Part shown: piece after piece, positions 26,574 to 36,925 of the stretch
How the letters are laid out: every line of letters begins with the position of its first letter
Position numbering within the stretch: the first letter of the stretch is position 1
The notes under the pieces: model-generated
The model's input: only the letters and a program-made list of their open reading frames with translations
What the model was told of the DNA's origin: nothing
Database searches by the model: none
Made by a program: the position numbers and the translations under genes
From: Deltaproteobacteria bacterium
GTDB lineage: Bacteria; Desulfobacterota; Desulfuromonadia; Desulfuromonadales; Geopsychrobacteraceae
Length of the DNA: 64,000 nt
Assembly: GCA_024280485.1 (NCBI GenBank)
Contig: JAJRQB010000019.1
Location: forward strand, 3,695-67,694
Direction of reading: 5' to 3'

Positions 26574-27191
26574 ATGAATTACCTGGCCCATCTCTACTTT
26601 TCAGATCCTGATCCATTGGCCTGGGCTGGCAGCTTGATGGGCGATTTCGTCAAGGGCACCCTTGGTAATGAATTTCCCCCACAACTTCTGAAACACATCA
26701 AATTACATCGGCGGATAGACAGTTATACTCGCGACAGTGTTCCTTTTCAGGACAGTCGGCGGCGGATTGATCCACGCTTTCGTCATGGGCGTAGCGTGAT
26801 GGTCGATGTTTTTTACGATCACCTGCTTGCAGCCCACTGGGATGACTATCACGCACAGCCTTTGGAGGAATTCAGCCTGCAGGTATACGCCGGGTTAGAA
26901 GACGTATTTGAATTGCTTTCTCCCGGTCTGCAGCGGATTCTGCCGCGCATGGCCGAACGCAACTGGTTGCTCTCCTATCAGGAAGAACCTGTGATACAGC
27001 GGGTCTTGCAGCGTCTTGAAGAGCGGATAGGACATCGGCTACCGCTGGCTGAGGGGTATGGTGAATTATCTCGTCTGCGACCGGATTCGGAGACTGACTT
27101 TTGTCTTTTCATATCCCAAGCTACAAGGTTCGTTCGAGCGCAAAGGATCTTGCTCGATGATCACAATCATGATGACTCTTCATCGAATTGA
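26574..27191 (+). CDS. acpH: Acyl carrier protein phosphodiesterase (AcpH-like)
   Basis: 205 aa with the MNYLAHLYFSD......GSLMGDFVKG....LP..L...I.LHR.ID.YTD-type N-terminus. Confidence 0.75.
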   Translation: MNYLAHLYFSDPDPLAWAGSLMGDFVKGTLGNEFPPQLLKHIKLHRRIDSYTRDSVPFQDSRRRIDPRFRHGRSVMVDVFYDHLLAAHWDDYHAQPLEEFSLQVYAGLEDVFELLSPGLQRILPRMAERNWLLSYQEEPVIQRVLQRLEERIGHRLPLAEGYGELSRLRPDSETDFCLFISQATRFVRAQRILLDDHNHDDSSSN

Positions 27192-27248
27192 AATGGTGCG
27201 ATGTCTGACAATTCCGATCGAAAAATTAAGAGTGAAGAGTCGAACTGA

Positions 27249-28586
27249 TCAGAGCTCCGCGGGCAAAGGCCAGTCTTTTTCGTAGCCGTCAGGATAGAAA
27301 TTTTCTTTTGTCCGATTGAAATAACCGAATTGAATGTGCGGAACTTCCTCCTTTATCCGGTCGAGCATCTTCTTCATGCCGATGCCGCGTCCATCTACAC
27401 CCATTTTTTGCCAGTATAGCAGGGGATCAATGGCGAGGTTGCGCATCTGGATCAGGTCGATGTTCGTGGTGTCAATTAATTTCAGCAGGGCGTCAATTTC
27501 ATCCTCTCTATCACTGATCCCAGGAAAAACCAGGTAATTCAGCATGGTAAAGAGGCCGTTGTCTTTTGCTCGGTGGATCGAATCAACAACATTTGCAAGA
27601 GTATAGCCGCGGGGGCGGTAGTAAGCGTTGTAAAATTTTTCCTGAACCGAGTTGAGTGAGACCCGAATCGAATCGATTCCCGCTGCGGATAAATTGTCGA
27701 TTTCATCAGGAAGCGAGGCGTTCGAGTTGAAGTTAATCGTGCCGCGATCGGTCTCAGTGCGCATTTGGCGAACAGCGCTACAGATGGTGTCAGCTTGCAG
27801 GATCGGATCACCTTCGCAGCCCTGACCGAAAGAGACAATGGCATTTTCGGCTGTTTTGAGGTGCGGGATAGCGACCTCACACAACTCCTGTGGGGTCGGT
27901 ACGAAAGTCAGCCGTTCCTGACTCGAGGGGCAACACTCATTCTCGCCTTGTTCAGAGATACAGCCTATGCAGGCGGCGTTGCAGGTTGGAGAGCAGGGGA
28001 GAGGGGCTTCCCAACGTCCGAAGAAGAGATTTTTGGCGGCGAAACAGTGGTAGTCAAGAGCACAGCGGGAGAGCTGTTCAATGAGTCGGTTCTCAGGTTG
28101 TGCCGAAACCCTTGCGCGCACCAGCGGCTCAAGCAGGCGGTCATCAAAGTGCTCAGATTGCCACTGTAGGTTGCGGTCGACGCGGGTCGCTGCGACGTAG
28201 AAGCGTTCTTCTTCAATACACCATCCGACGGCAGTATAGGACCAAAGAGTCAGGTCGACTTGTTTGGCTTTATAGTCTGCGGCTGGCAACAGGGTGCGCA
28301 TAAAGGCCGGAGTAACAAAGGCTGATACTGCCTGTGCGCTGCCACCTCCCCAGCTATGTGGTAACTCAGTGATCGTGCGTTCTTTACCGGTCTTAAAATC
28401 ATAACCAATCGGTGGGGTACCGGGTATGGTGAAGAATCGACTGCCTTCAGGTAGCGGGATCAGTTCATCTGCCTGCGGCCGGCAGATACTCATACCGTTC
28501 ATGCCGGCAAGCAGCAGATCGGGATGTTCGAAGATCTCACCATTTTCATCAGCGACCAACGCCAGAATTGTTCTTTTCTTTGTCAT
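27249..28586 (-). CDS. Radical SAM protein of unknown function with a ~200-aa N-terminal extension
   Basis: 445 aa. CNAACIGC is a CX3CX2C motif, followed by a GQGCEGDP glycine-rich motif. Confidence 0.75.
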   Translation of the reverse strand: MTKKRTILALVADENGEIFEHPDLLLAGMNGMSICRPQADELIPLPEGSRFFTIPGTPPIGYDFKTGKERTITELPHSWGGGSAQAVSAFVTPAFMRTLLPAADYKAKQVDLTLWSYTAVGWCIEEERFYVAATRVDRNLQWQSEHFDDRLLEPLVRARVSAQPENRLIEQLSRCALDYHCFAAKNLFFGRWEAPLPCSPTCNAACIGCISEQGENECCPSSQERLTFVPTPQELCEVAIPHLKTAENAIVSFGQGCEGDPILQADTICSAVRQMRTETDRGTINFNSNASLPDEIDNLSAAGIDSIRVSLNSVQEKFYNAYYRPRGYTLANVVDSIHRAKDNGLFTMLNYLVFPGISDREDEIDALLKLIDTTNIDLIQMRNLAIDPLLYWQKMGVDGRGIGMKKMLDRIKEEVPHIQFGYFNRTKENFYPDGYEKDWPLPAEL

Positions 28587-28695
28587 TGTGAAACCCCTTA
28601 TTTAAAGCGCAGCGGACAATAGCACATCTTTACTTTTGACGACAATCGCACAAAACTGCTACGAGTCGCCCCAAACATGTTGTATCCTTGCCCGC

Positions 28696-30369
28696 ATGCG
28701 AACACTTTTGACGACTCTCCATAGTAAATATATCCACCCGAGCCTGGCACTCCCTTGTCTGGCCGCCTACAGCGGTCATGATTGTGGAGAGTTGCTGATT
28801 GATGAATACACTATTCATCAACCTAAAGAGAACCTTTTAGCCCGCATTCTCGCCTGTGATCCCGATGTTATCTGTTTTTCTGTCTACATCTGGAATCGTC
28901 AGTTAAGCCTCGAGTTGGCAGTTGCGTTGAAGAGGGCTGTTCCACATGTGCGGATCGTAATGGGGGGACCAGAAGTCAGTTTCGAAGAGGTCAGTTTTTT
29001 TGAGGGCTGTCCGCTTGATGCGCTTATTTGCGGTGAGGGCGAAATACCGCTTCGCCACCTGTTAAAGGCCTGGCAGGAAGAACGGGAGCCGTCCTCCTGC
29101 CTCGGTCTGCAATTGCCGGGGATGACTTCTGTTGAAGCCGGGCAAAGTCTGCTCGATTCGCTCGATGATTTACCTTCACCCTTTGCCGCCGGCTTGGTAG
29201 CTCTGTGCCGTGGTTACGTCTATTACGAAAGCAGTCGTGGCTGTCCCTACAGCTGCAGTTTCTGTATGAGTGCCCTTGACGAAAGGGTACGTTCCTTCTC
29301 GATGGGCCGGATTCATCAGGATCTTGGTTTGTTGATGCAAGAGGAGGTCGCGCAAATCAAATTCGTCGACCGTACGTTTAATTATCACGCCGAGCGCAGT
29401 CGCGAAATTATTAAATATATTTTGAAAAATAATCGCTGCAGTCGTTTTCACTTCGAGGTTGGTGCTGACCTGCTCGATGAAACGACATTGCAACTGCTTG
29501 AGTCGGTGCCTGCGGGGATGTTTCAATTCGAAATAGGAGTACAAACCACAAGTCTGGAAACCCTTGGTCGAATCGGGCGCAAAACATCTCTCGAGAAACT
29601 GGAAGAAAATGTACGGCGCTTGCTGCGCGCGGGAAATATTGATCTGCATCTTGATTTGATCGCGGGCCTTCCGGGTGAATCGAATGAGGATTTTTTTGAT
29701 TCGCTGCGCAGGGTTTTTAAGCTGGAACCACAACAGTTACAGGTGGAGTTAGTCAAACTTCTTCCCGGCGCTCCTTTGCGCCAACAAGCAGAGAGTCATG
29801 GCCTTCACTTTGACCCATCGCCGCCTTACACAGTGCTGCGTACACCGCAGCTCGCCTTTCGCGAGCTTGAGCAGATCCGGGGTGTCGGACGTCTGATTGA
29901 TCTGTTGAATAATAGTGGAAGGTTTAGACATTTTTTGAAGGTCGTGGATTCGGTTTTTTCTGATCGAGTCGAATTTTACCGGCAGTTGCAGGATTGGTGG
30001 CAGCTGTCTGGGCTGTTTGATGAGCCCAGCAGTTTGCGGCAACAGTTTGACTCTTTGAATTCTTTTGCCGAAAGTTCCACCGAATGTCTACGCTTGCGTG
30101 AGGCGCTTGCCCGTGATTTTGCTCTGGCAGGACGTGTCGTGCCAGGGAAAGTCCCTGTTTTTTTCAATTGTGAACTGACCTCGGATGAGCAACAACAGGT
30201 CAAGCTGAAGGTGAAGCAAGAGCTTGATCGGTTAGAGACTGGCGAAAAGTTACAGCACTTCGCGGCTGTTTTTGAGACGCTGTCAAGAACAGCTTCGCGA
30301 AGTTTGATCCTCTTTCTTTATCGTAGCTGCAGTGGACGGAGCCCGACCGTTGAAGAAAAATTCCTTTAA
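28696..30369 (+). CDS. B12-binding-domain radical SAM protein (DUF4080-type C-terminus)
   Basis: ATG 28696 (MRTLLTTLHSKYIHPSLALPCLAAY) is the typical N-terminus. SSRGCPYSCSFC is a CX3CX2C motif. The track start at 28636 is probably too early. Confidence 0.8.
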   Translation: MRTLLTTLHSKYIHPSLALPCLAAYSGHDCGELLIDEYTIHQPKENLLARILACDPDVICFSVYIWNRQLSLELAVALKRAVPHVRIVMGGPEVSFEEVSFFEGCPLDALICGEGEIPLRHLLKAWQEEREPSSCLGLQLPGMTSVEAGQSLLDSLDDLPSPFAAGLVALCRGYVYYESSRGCPYSCSFCMSALDERVRSFSMGRIHQDLGLLMQEEVAQIKFVDRTFNYHAERSREIIKYILKNNRCSRFHFEVGADLLDETTLQLLESVPAGMFQFEIGVQTTSLETLGRIGRKTSLEKLEENVRRLLRAGNIDLHLDLIAGLPGESNEDFFDSLRRVFKLEPQQLQVELVKLLPGAPLRQQAESHGLHFDPSPPYTVLRTPQLAFRELEQIRGVGRLIDLLNNSGRFRHFLKVVDSVFSDRVEFYRQLQDWWQLSGLFDEPSSLRQQFDSLNSFAESSTECLRLREALARDFALAGRVVPGKVPVFFNCELTSDEQQQVKLKVKQELDRLETGEKLQHFAAVFETLSRTASRSLILFLYRSCSGRSPTVEEKFL

Positions 30370-30376
30370 TCAGACT

Positions 30377-32059
30377 CTATTCGCTCAATCGGATTATCAA
30401 GCCACTCAGATAGCGTGGGTCGATCTCGGATTCTTCTAGTTGGCAAAATTCTTCATGCCAGATCTCCAGACAGTAGTCACCAAAAATACTGGCTCCGGGC
30501 AGTTGATCCTCTAGCTGATTCCGGACCTGTTTAATAAGTTGTGGGTTGAGTTTGGCATCATGCACCAGCAGTCGATGCAGGGTGGATAGCTCACAAACGG
30601 CTAAGGGCTGCGGCGTGAAATCTCCGCCTAGAAGCTGGTTCGCCAGCGCCGTTAAAAACAGATCAGAGAGAGTCAGGTCTGTTTCTGTTTCAATATTACA
30701 ACCGGCCAGATCAAAGGACTGTGACGGATCAAGGTCGAGCGAGAGCAGATCGCTGTATATCCTCTGTTGTAGTTCAATCTGTTGCAGGATCGATTCGATG
30801 TAGCTCAGCTGTTTGAGAGTCTGGATCTCTTCAGGTTGTTGTGGGTCGCCAACACGGATGCCACAAAAGAGCTCGGGTGGATTCTGCTGCAGAGAATCTA
30901 CAAAGCGGCGGTAAGGTCCGTCGAGAAGTTTCCCCGCCGGTGTTGTGAGCAGTGCCTTGCCGCGTTCCGCAAGTGTTTTTACCAGCGAATGGCCGACCTG
31001 GAAAATTTGTTGTAAATAGCTGTCTCTGAATAGCTTAGTGGCACGAGCGACATCATGGTTTGCAAGGTGCTCCAACCCTAAGTTTAAGCTGGCATAGAGC
31101 TGGGAGAGTGACGTGGTGACAGATTCTTGATCGCCTATGTTGACGAGATCTGCAGCCATTTTTCGATTCGCCAGTAAGCAGAGTTCGGTCGCCAGATTGT
31201 GGTCAATCCCCGCTCCTAAAACTTCGGCCAGTATGCCACCCGGTTGTGCCAGGCGCAGAAGTGGCAGCGGATTCTGTATCTCCTCAGATTCAATATCAAA
31301 CTGCTTACCAGTCGCAGGGCTGAATGTCGCTGGATCAACCGTCGCATAAATAATACGAGCCTCAGCTGGTGACATGAAGCCGAAGTCGGAGAGTCGCTTA
31401 TTGCGGGACTGGTAAACTTCTTCTTCGAGGACTGAATCAAGTTCGGCGCGTACTAGCTCAAGAAGTTGTATCCAGGCTTGTTCGTCCTCCAGCTGTAACG
31501 CCTTTAATAGACCACCAACAATTTTGGCCGTATCATCATCGCGATATTCGATGTCGTAAAGACCTTCCAGCCGATTGGCGTTGCCGATGTCGTCATCAGT
31601 GTCGTACGCCTCTGGTCCAGCGACAACCCTGATGAAGGACTTTAGTATGAGGGCAACGAGCTCTGGCTCCATCTCAGCGATAGTCTGACTGACCTTGATT
31701 GGGCCGGTTTCTAGTAACAGACTCAACCACTCCAGAGTCGTTTTTGGATCGAGATGATCCTCTTCCCAGCAATCAAGATCGATCAGAGTTGTGATTTGTT
31801 CAGTCGAAGCCATAAGGAGGAGTTCTGGGGCGAACTCGAGACCGATTTCACTTATCGTTAAGTAGATCTCTTGCGGGTGAAGCAGCGGAGTCAGTTTGGC
31901 GCCGTCGGTGGCATTAAGCAGCATCTCGTACTTTGCTTTACCACGACTGTTTTGGATTGTTTCCAATCGCTCAGATTGGGACATTCGATTCAATTCGGCT
32001 GCGCTGATGCGCGGTGGCTCTGAACTGAAAAAATTTATAAGGCTCGATTTTTTTGTCAT
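30377..32059 (-). CDS. Large acidic hypothetical protein
   Basis: 560-aa uninterrupted ORF with normal codon usage. I recognise no motif. It converges on the B12-rSAM gene with a 7-bp gap. Confidence 0.65.
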   Translation of the reverse strand: MTKKSSLINFFSSEPPRISAAELNRMSQSERLETIQNSRGKAKYEMLLNATDGAKLTPLLHPQEIYLTISEIGLEFAPELLLMASTEQITTLIDLDCWEEDHLDPKTTLEWLSLLLETGPIKVSQTIAEMEPELVALILKSFIRVVAGPEAYDTDDDIGNANRLEGLYDIEYRDDDTAKIVGGLLKALQLEDEQAWIQLLELVRAELDSVLEEEVYQSRNKRLSDFGFMSPAEARIIYATVDPATFSPATGKQFDIESEEIQNPLPLLRLAQPGGILAEVLGAGIDHNLATELCLLANRKMAADLVNIGDQESVTTSLSQLYASLNLGLEHLANHDVARATKLFRDSYLQQIFQVGHSLVKTLAERGKALLTTPAGKLLDGPYRRFVDSLQQNPPELFCGIRVGDPQQPEEIQTLKQLSYIESILQQIELQQRIYSDLLSLDLDPSQSFDLAGCNIETETDLTLSDLFLTALANQLLGGDFTPQPLAVCELSTLHRLLVHDAKLNPQLIKQVRNQLEDQLPGASIFGDYCLEIWHEEFCQLEESEIDPRYLSGLIIRLSE

Positions 32060-32390
32060 GTGTGACCTTTTTATGTCTCGTGAGAACCTAACAGATAAAC
32101 CAATATATCAGCAAACCGAGAACCATAGTTCAGCAATAAAATATACGCAAGTCAATAAGGTTTTTTAGCCCCATTTCTACCCAATAATCAATCGTGGCAA
32201 CTAAGTCGAATATTAAATACATCAGGACCTGCCACCCGAGAGAGTCTGTGTTAATAAACAATAAAAAGAGTATATTTCGATGACTGTGGTTGTTATTATC
32301 AGCAATTACTGTCGCCGCTTGGATCGGGGGCATCTCTGTGTCGTCAGGTCTTGGCTGAGGCGGCCGATGTAATTTCTATCGTGAGGGGTT

Positions 32391-34805
32391 GTGGCAGCTC
32401 GTCTACATTACAGATCGATTCGTAGCCAGTTCTCTCTGATTATCATTTCAGCCTGTTTTGCTGTGCTTTTGTTCGTCAGCTTACTTTTTGCCGGGATTGA
32501 ATATACCTCTTTCCGACAAACAACTGCTGAAGATCTGGAGACACTGGCGGCTATTCTCGGTAAAAATCTGATAGAGCCATTACTGAACAAAGAAAAGAAT
32601 AGGCATAAAACAGAGGCCCAGGAAATTCTGGCGTCACTCACTAAAAAGCCCGCCCTGCATGCTGCGTATCTTTTCAATAAAAAAAATGAACCGATAGCAT
32701 ACTATATTGATTCTGAGGCTATTCCTTTTGTGCAGAATAGTATCGAGCAGGATTTTTCGGGGGACTTCCCTGACGAATGGAAACAAGGCGAAGTTACGAG
32801 TATCCATTTTGGACTCAAGCATTTAAGCCTTTACTCGCCGATCTATTATCTGGATACAAAGATTGGTGGCCTATATTTGTTGGCAACCCTCTCGGAGATA
32901 GAACAGCGGCTGGTCGGTCTTTTGTTGGTGGTTCTTCTCGCGGGTGGCATTGCCGTTGGATTTGCATGGCTCCTTTCTGGCTGGATGCAAAGACCGATAT
33001 CCATGCCAATATTACATCTTGCGGAAACCATGCATAAAATTTCTGCTGGAAATATTTACCATTTACGTGCGCAAAAACAATCGGATGATGAGGTCGGCCA
33101 ATTGGTTGATGGCTTTAATGATATGTTGAGCCAGATAGAGATACGCGATCTGAAGATTGAAACGCATCAAAAATATCTTGAGCAAACGGTTCGGGAGAGA
33201 ACCGCAGAATTGACCAGAACGGTTATTGACCTCGATCTCTCCCGGGAGCAAGCCGAGTCTGCCAATCAGGCTAAATCTATATTTCTCGCCAATATGACCC
33301 ATGAACTGAGAACCCCTCTGGTTGGCGTGTTGGGGATGAATGAGCTGTTGATTGAAACCAGCCTTGGTTCCCAACAGCGAGCACTTGCAGAATCAGTGCA
33401 ACGTTCAGGTCGAGAACTTCTGGAGTTGATCAACGATATCCTCGACTTTTCAAAAATTGAAGGTGGTCACCTGAAACTGGAGCTGACTAAAGTTGATCTC
33501 CTGAAGTTGATAGAAGAAACGGTTAGACTGCTGGCTGCCAGGGCGTACGACAAAGGGATCGAGTTACTATGCAATGTCGACCCTAACGCCGCATGGGAGG
33601 TCGAGGCCGATGCTCAGCGTTTGAAACAAATCATTATAAACCTGCTTAGTAATGCTATTAAATTTACCTCGAGTGGACATGTCGCTCTTAAGTTGTCACG
33701 TAGCACAAATAATCATTTTCTTTTTGAGGTTTGTGACACCGGAATCGGTATTGACAAAGAAAAGCAAACTTCAATTTTTGAAGTATTTTCTCAGGTTGAT
33801 GAAACAACATCCCGTCTTTTCGGCGGTACCGGACTCGGGCTTTCTATTGTCCGCGATTTAACCATAATGATGCAGGGGAATGTGCATCTTGAAAGCGAGC
33901 CGGGGCTGGGCTCTACTTTTCAGGTTGAGCTTCCCTTGAAACAAGAGAAACCATTTTTTGCTAAATTGTCAGACAGCAGTCGAGGGCGTTCAGTCATTCT
34001 GTTTGAGTCTTATCCCCCGGCTCGTGATTCTTTATTGCAGCGATTGAATGATCTTGGCTTTACTGCCGAGGCGGTATCGACCCAGGATGAGTTTTTGCAG
34101 CGCTTGAGAAACGTTGAACGTGATGGTGAGTGCTTCGATATGGTGATCTTGCCTGACTGCGGGTGTGAGGGGAGTGAAGAGCTAACTTTGCTGGCGAAAA
34201 ATTGTTGCAGGACTGTAGTTTGTCAGCAGAGAAACATGACTGAATCTGCACAAAGCTCTGATGTAATTGAAATTCCGAAACCACTCCTTTGGAGTAACCT
34301 GTTGCAGGCCGACCTTGTCCAGGAAAATGAACAGGAATCGTTGCCTTATCCAGCTATAAAGCTTGAGAACATCCCACTTTCACAGACAGACAATCCTGCG
34401 GTCAAAGGTAAGATTTTGATCGTTGATGACAATACCTCAACCCGTGAGCTGATTGGTTTTTCACTGGTTGATTCCGGCTGGCAGTGCGATGAAGCCTGCA
34501 ATGCTGAAGAGGCTCTGGTAGCTGTCGGTAACGAACTGTATCTGTTAATTCTGATGGATATTAACATGCCTGGCACTGATGGTCTGGAAGTGACCAGGAT
34601 GATGCGGCAACAGGGGGTGAAAACCCCCATCTATGCATTGACTGCTCATGGTGATGCCAAAGTGTTTGAGCTGTGCCACCAGGCTGGAATGCAAGGCTCT
34701 TTGCGTAAGCCCTTTCGACAGAAAGAACTCTTTGCGTTACTTGATGCGAATACAACCCTGAATAGTAAGAAACAGCCACATCAGTCGGAAAGGTGGAGCC
34801 TTTAG
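32391..34805 (+). CDS. Hybrid sensor histidine kinase (membrane sensor, HAMP, HisKA, HATPase, pseudo-receiver, receiver)
   Basis: 804 aa, GTG start. H-box FLANMTHELRTPL, N-box LLSNAIKFT, G-boxes DTGIGI and GGTGLGLSI, and a receiver with ILIVDDN...LILMDINMPG..G......KP. Confidence 0.9.
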   Translation: MAARLHYRSIRSQFSLIIISACFAVLLFVSLLFAGIEYTSFRQTTAEDLETLAAILGKNLIEPLLNKEKNRHKTEAQEILASLTKKPALHAAYLFNKKNEPIAYYIDSEAIPFVQNSIEQDFSGDFPDEWKQGEVTSIHFGLKHLSLYSPIYYLDTKIGGLYLLATLSEIEQRLVGLLLVVLLAGGIAVGFAWLLSGWMQRPISMPILHLAETMHKISAGNIYHLRAQKQSDDEVGQLVDGFNDMLSQIEIRDLKIETHQKYLEQTVRERTAELTRTVIDLDLSREQAESANQAKSIFLANMTHELRTPLVGVLGMNELLIETSLGSQQRALAESVQRSGRELLELINDILDFSKIEGGHLKLELTKVDLLKLIEETVRLLAARAYDKGIELLCNVDPNAAWEVEADAQRLKQIIINLLSNAIKFTSSGHVALKLSRSTNNHFLFEVCDTGIGIDKEKQTSIFEVFSQVDETTSRLFGGTGLGLSIVRDLTIMMQGNVHLESEPGLGSTFQVELPLKQEKPFFAKLSDSSRGRSVILFESYPPARDSLLQRLNDLGFTAEAVSTQDEFLQRLRNVERDGECFDMVILPDCGCEGSEELTLLAKNCCRTVVCQQRNMTESAQSSDVIEIPKPLLWSNLLQADLVQENEQESLPYPAIKLENIPLSQTDNPAVKGKILIVDDNTSTRELIGFSLVDSGWQCDEACNAEEALVAVGNELYLLILMDINMPGTDGLEVTRMMRQQGVKTPIYALTAHGDAKVFELCHQAGMQGSLRKPFRQKELFALLDANTTLNSKKQPHQSERWSL

Positions 34806-34806
34806 C

Positions 34807-36924
34807 ATGAACTTTGTTACTCGGCCCCTTTTTTGGCTAGCCGTATACATATTTACTCTGGTGTGCTTTGGGCTGATTTACATCAACTCTTTGGGGATGG
34901 CGGACCCTCTGTATTTGACGGCGGTGACGACTTCATCAGCCGATGAGGTAGTCACCGCTTCGGTCCAGGGCCTTGGCTTGAATAATCTCCCCGCTTATCT
35001 GACTCTGGATACATCAAACCGTCGAGCTGTCGTTGGTAATGTCCCCGTTGCTAGATCTGCTGCAGATATAGAAATTGTCGGCGATCAGGCCTACGTTGTA
35101 AGTCTTTGAGGCGGGGTAAGCATATTTGATCTGACCTTCCCCCTGAAGCCGGAAATGCTTGATCGGTGGTTTACATACGGTCGCGGATGGCGGAGTAGCA
35201 CAGATGGAAAGAACTTATACTATAGCTCTTTTAAAAATGGGCTTCTAATTTACCCAGTGTCCGGGAGCGGGAGACCACATACAATTTTTGAAAGTGCTCT
35301 TGCTACGGTCAGTCGTGGCCAGCATGTCTTTATTGCCTCTGGCAAGGCAGGCCTCTCAATTTATGAGTATGTCGAAGAGGATGGGCTTCCACAGAAGAGT
35401 AGACTTTTGAGTCATCTGTCGTTGCCCGGTTATTCAAAGGATCTAGCTCTTTCGGGTAGTTCTCTCATCGTCGCAAGTATGTCTGGAGGCCTGCATCTCA
35501 TTGATATTAATAACGTTGAAAATCCCAAGATACTACAAACAATCTCTGATCAGAAAGTCTACGAGAAGGTCTGGTGGGTAGATAATATTCTCTATGCATC
35601 AGATCGGTACAAACAACTGGATCTTTTTCAGATGACTGAGGGACATTTAAAGTCCTGTGGCAGTCTTCCCTTGGTTGGTCGATTAAAGGACTTTTTACAG
35701 GACAGAGAACGTCTGTATATCGCAGAGAGTGGTTTTGGGGTTAGTGTTTTGGATGTCAGTGACCCCGAACGCCCCAAAAGGACCGGATATGTCGGGACCC
35801 CTGGCGAGGCCGTGGGACTTGCTCTTTATGGGCACTTTCTTTACGTCGCAAGCAGTTCTCAAGGTGTACAGATTATCGATACGGAGCTCTTTGCGCCGTT
35901 CAATGTCTTGGCTTCTCTTGCTACTTCGGGCTCTGTTCGTTGTCTTGTGCTGGACGAGCGGTGGATCTATGCCGCTAATAATCACGGTAGCTTTCAGGTT
36001 GTCGACAGGAGTGATGAGAATAACTTAAAACTCATCGCAACTCATCCAATCCAGGCTCCAGCTTCTTCAATTGCAAAGGCAGGAAACCTTGTTTTTGTGG
36101 CACTTCACGACAAGATCCTGGTTGTTTTTGATGTGAGTGAACCCTTGATGCCTAAGCAGGTCAGTCAACTGAAGTTGAATGTTCGCATCTCCGATTTGGC
36201 TGTGCGGGGCACTGCACTTTTCGTTAGCTCCTATGATGGAAAATTATTAAAAATTGATATTTCAGACCCTGTCCAACCACAGGTCGAAGAATCGCTCGAC
36301 TTGCCCGGTAGGTTAAGGAGTATTTCCTTGGCGGGGGATTACATTTACATTGCGGCGCAAAATGCGGGGTTACTCGTAGCACGTTTTTCCACGGGTCAGC
36401 CAGGGCGATTGGTTGGCAGTTTAACCAGACCCTGGCCGATGAGCGATTTTTCACAGGCATTTGGGGTTGCGGTAAGTGGTCGTTATGCCTATTTGATTCA
36501 GGGCGAAGACGGAGTGCAGGTTGTAGATATTAGTGACCCGGAAAAACCTGTGGAAGTTGAGTTTATACCACTTCCAGCACGAGGACTCTCCATCGACACG
36601 TCGGATAGCTTTGTCGTAGTCTCAACCCGGTGGGACGGATATTATTTTTTAGATATAAGTCGACCTGAAAAGCCATTTTTGGCGGCCAATATTTATCTGC
36701 CGCGTGGCAGTAAAGAATTCAAGATAGAGGGTAATCGACTTTATGCAGTTGGCCGAACGAATGGAATTAGTGTGGTCCCGCTGCCAATTAAAAGCATTGG
36801 GACCAACGGATCTCCTGATCTCGAAATAACATTCAAGCGGCCACAGCATCCTGGTTGGTATGATCTTAATGTAAGTAGTGGGAAAAAAATTGTTAGTGCC
36901 GCATCTGTTTTGAAGGTTGAATAG
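34807..36924 (+). pseudogene. LVIVD-repeat beta-propeller protein with N-terminal TM helix, interrupted by an in-frame TGA (35107-35109)
   Basis: ORFs 34807-35109 and 35155-36924 share a frame. The junction reads DIEIVGDQAYVVSL-TGA-GGVSIFDLTFPLKPEML, so the stop falls inside one repeat unit (A.D..V.G..AYVA....G..I.D.S.P..P). More than 10 similar repeats follow. Confidence 0.75.
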
Positions 36925-36925
36925 G

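Noticed and set aside
28742-28760. TGGCAC-tccct-TGTCT as a sigma-54 promoter.
   Set aside because: The -12 element is TGTC, not TTGC, and the site lies inside the coding sequence of the B12-radical-SAM gene.
32130-32333. A 67-aa minus-strand ORF in the divergent region upstream of the kinase.
   Set aside because: It has no RBS, sits in an AT-rich promoter-like region and has no recognisable motif.
35113-35142. The hairpin after the in-frame TGA as a bacterial SECIS element (which would make the LVIVD protein a selenoprotein).
   Set aside because: The stem is short and bulged. The protein context lacks any redox Cys motif, and LVIVD proteins are not a known selenoprotein family. It is kept only as a low-probability alternative in the finding.
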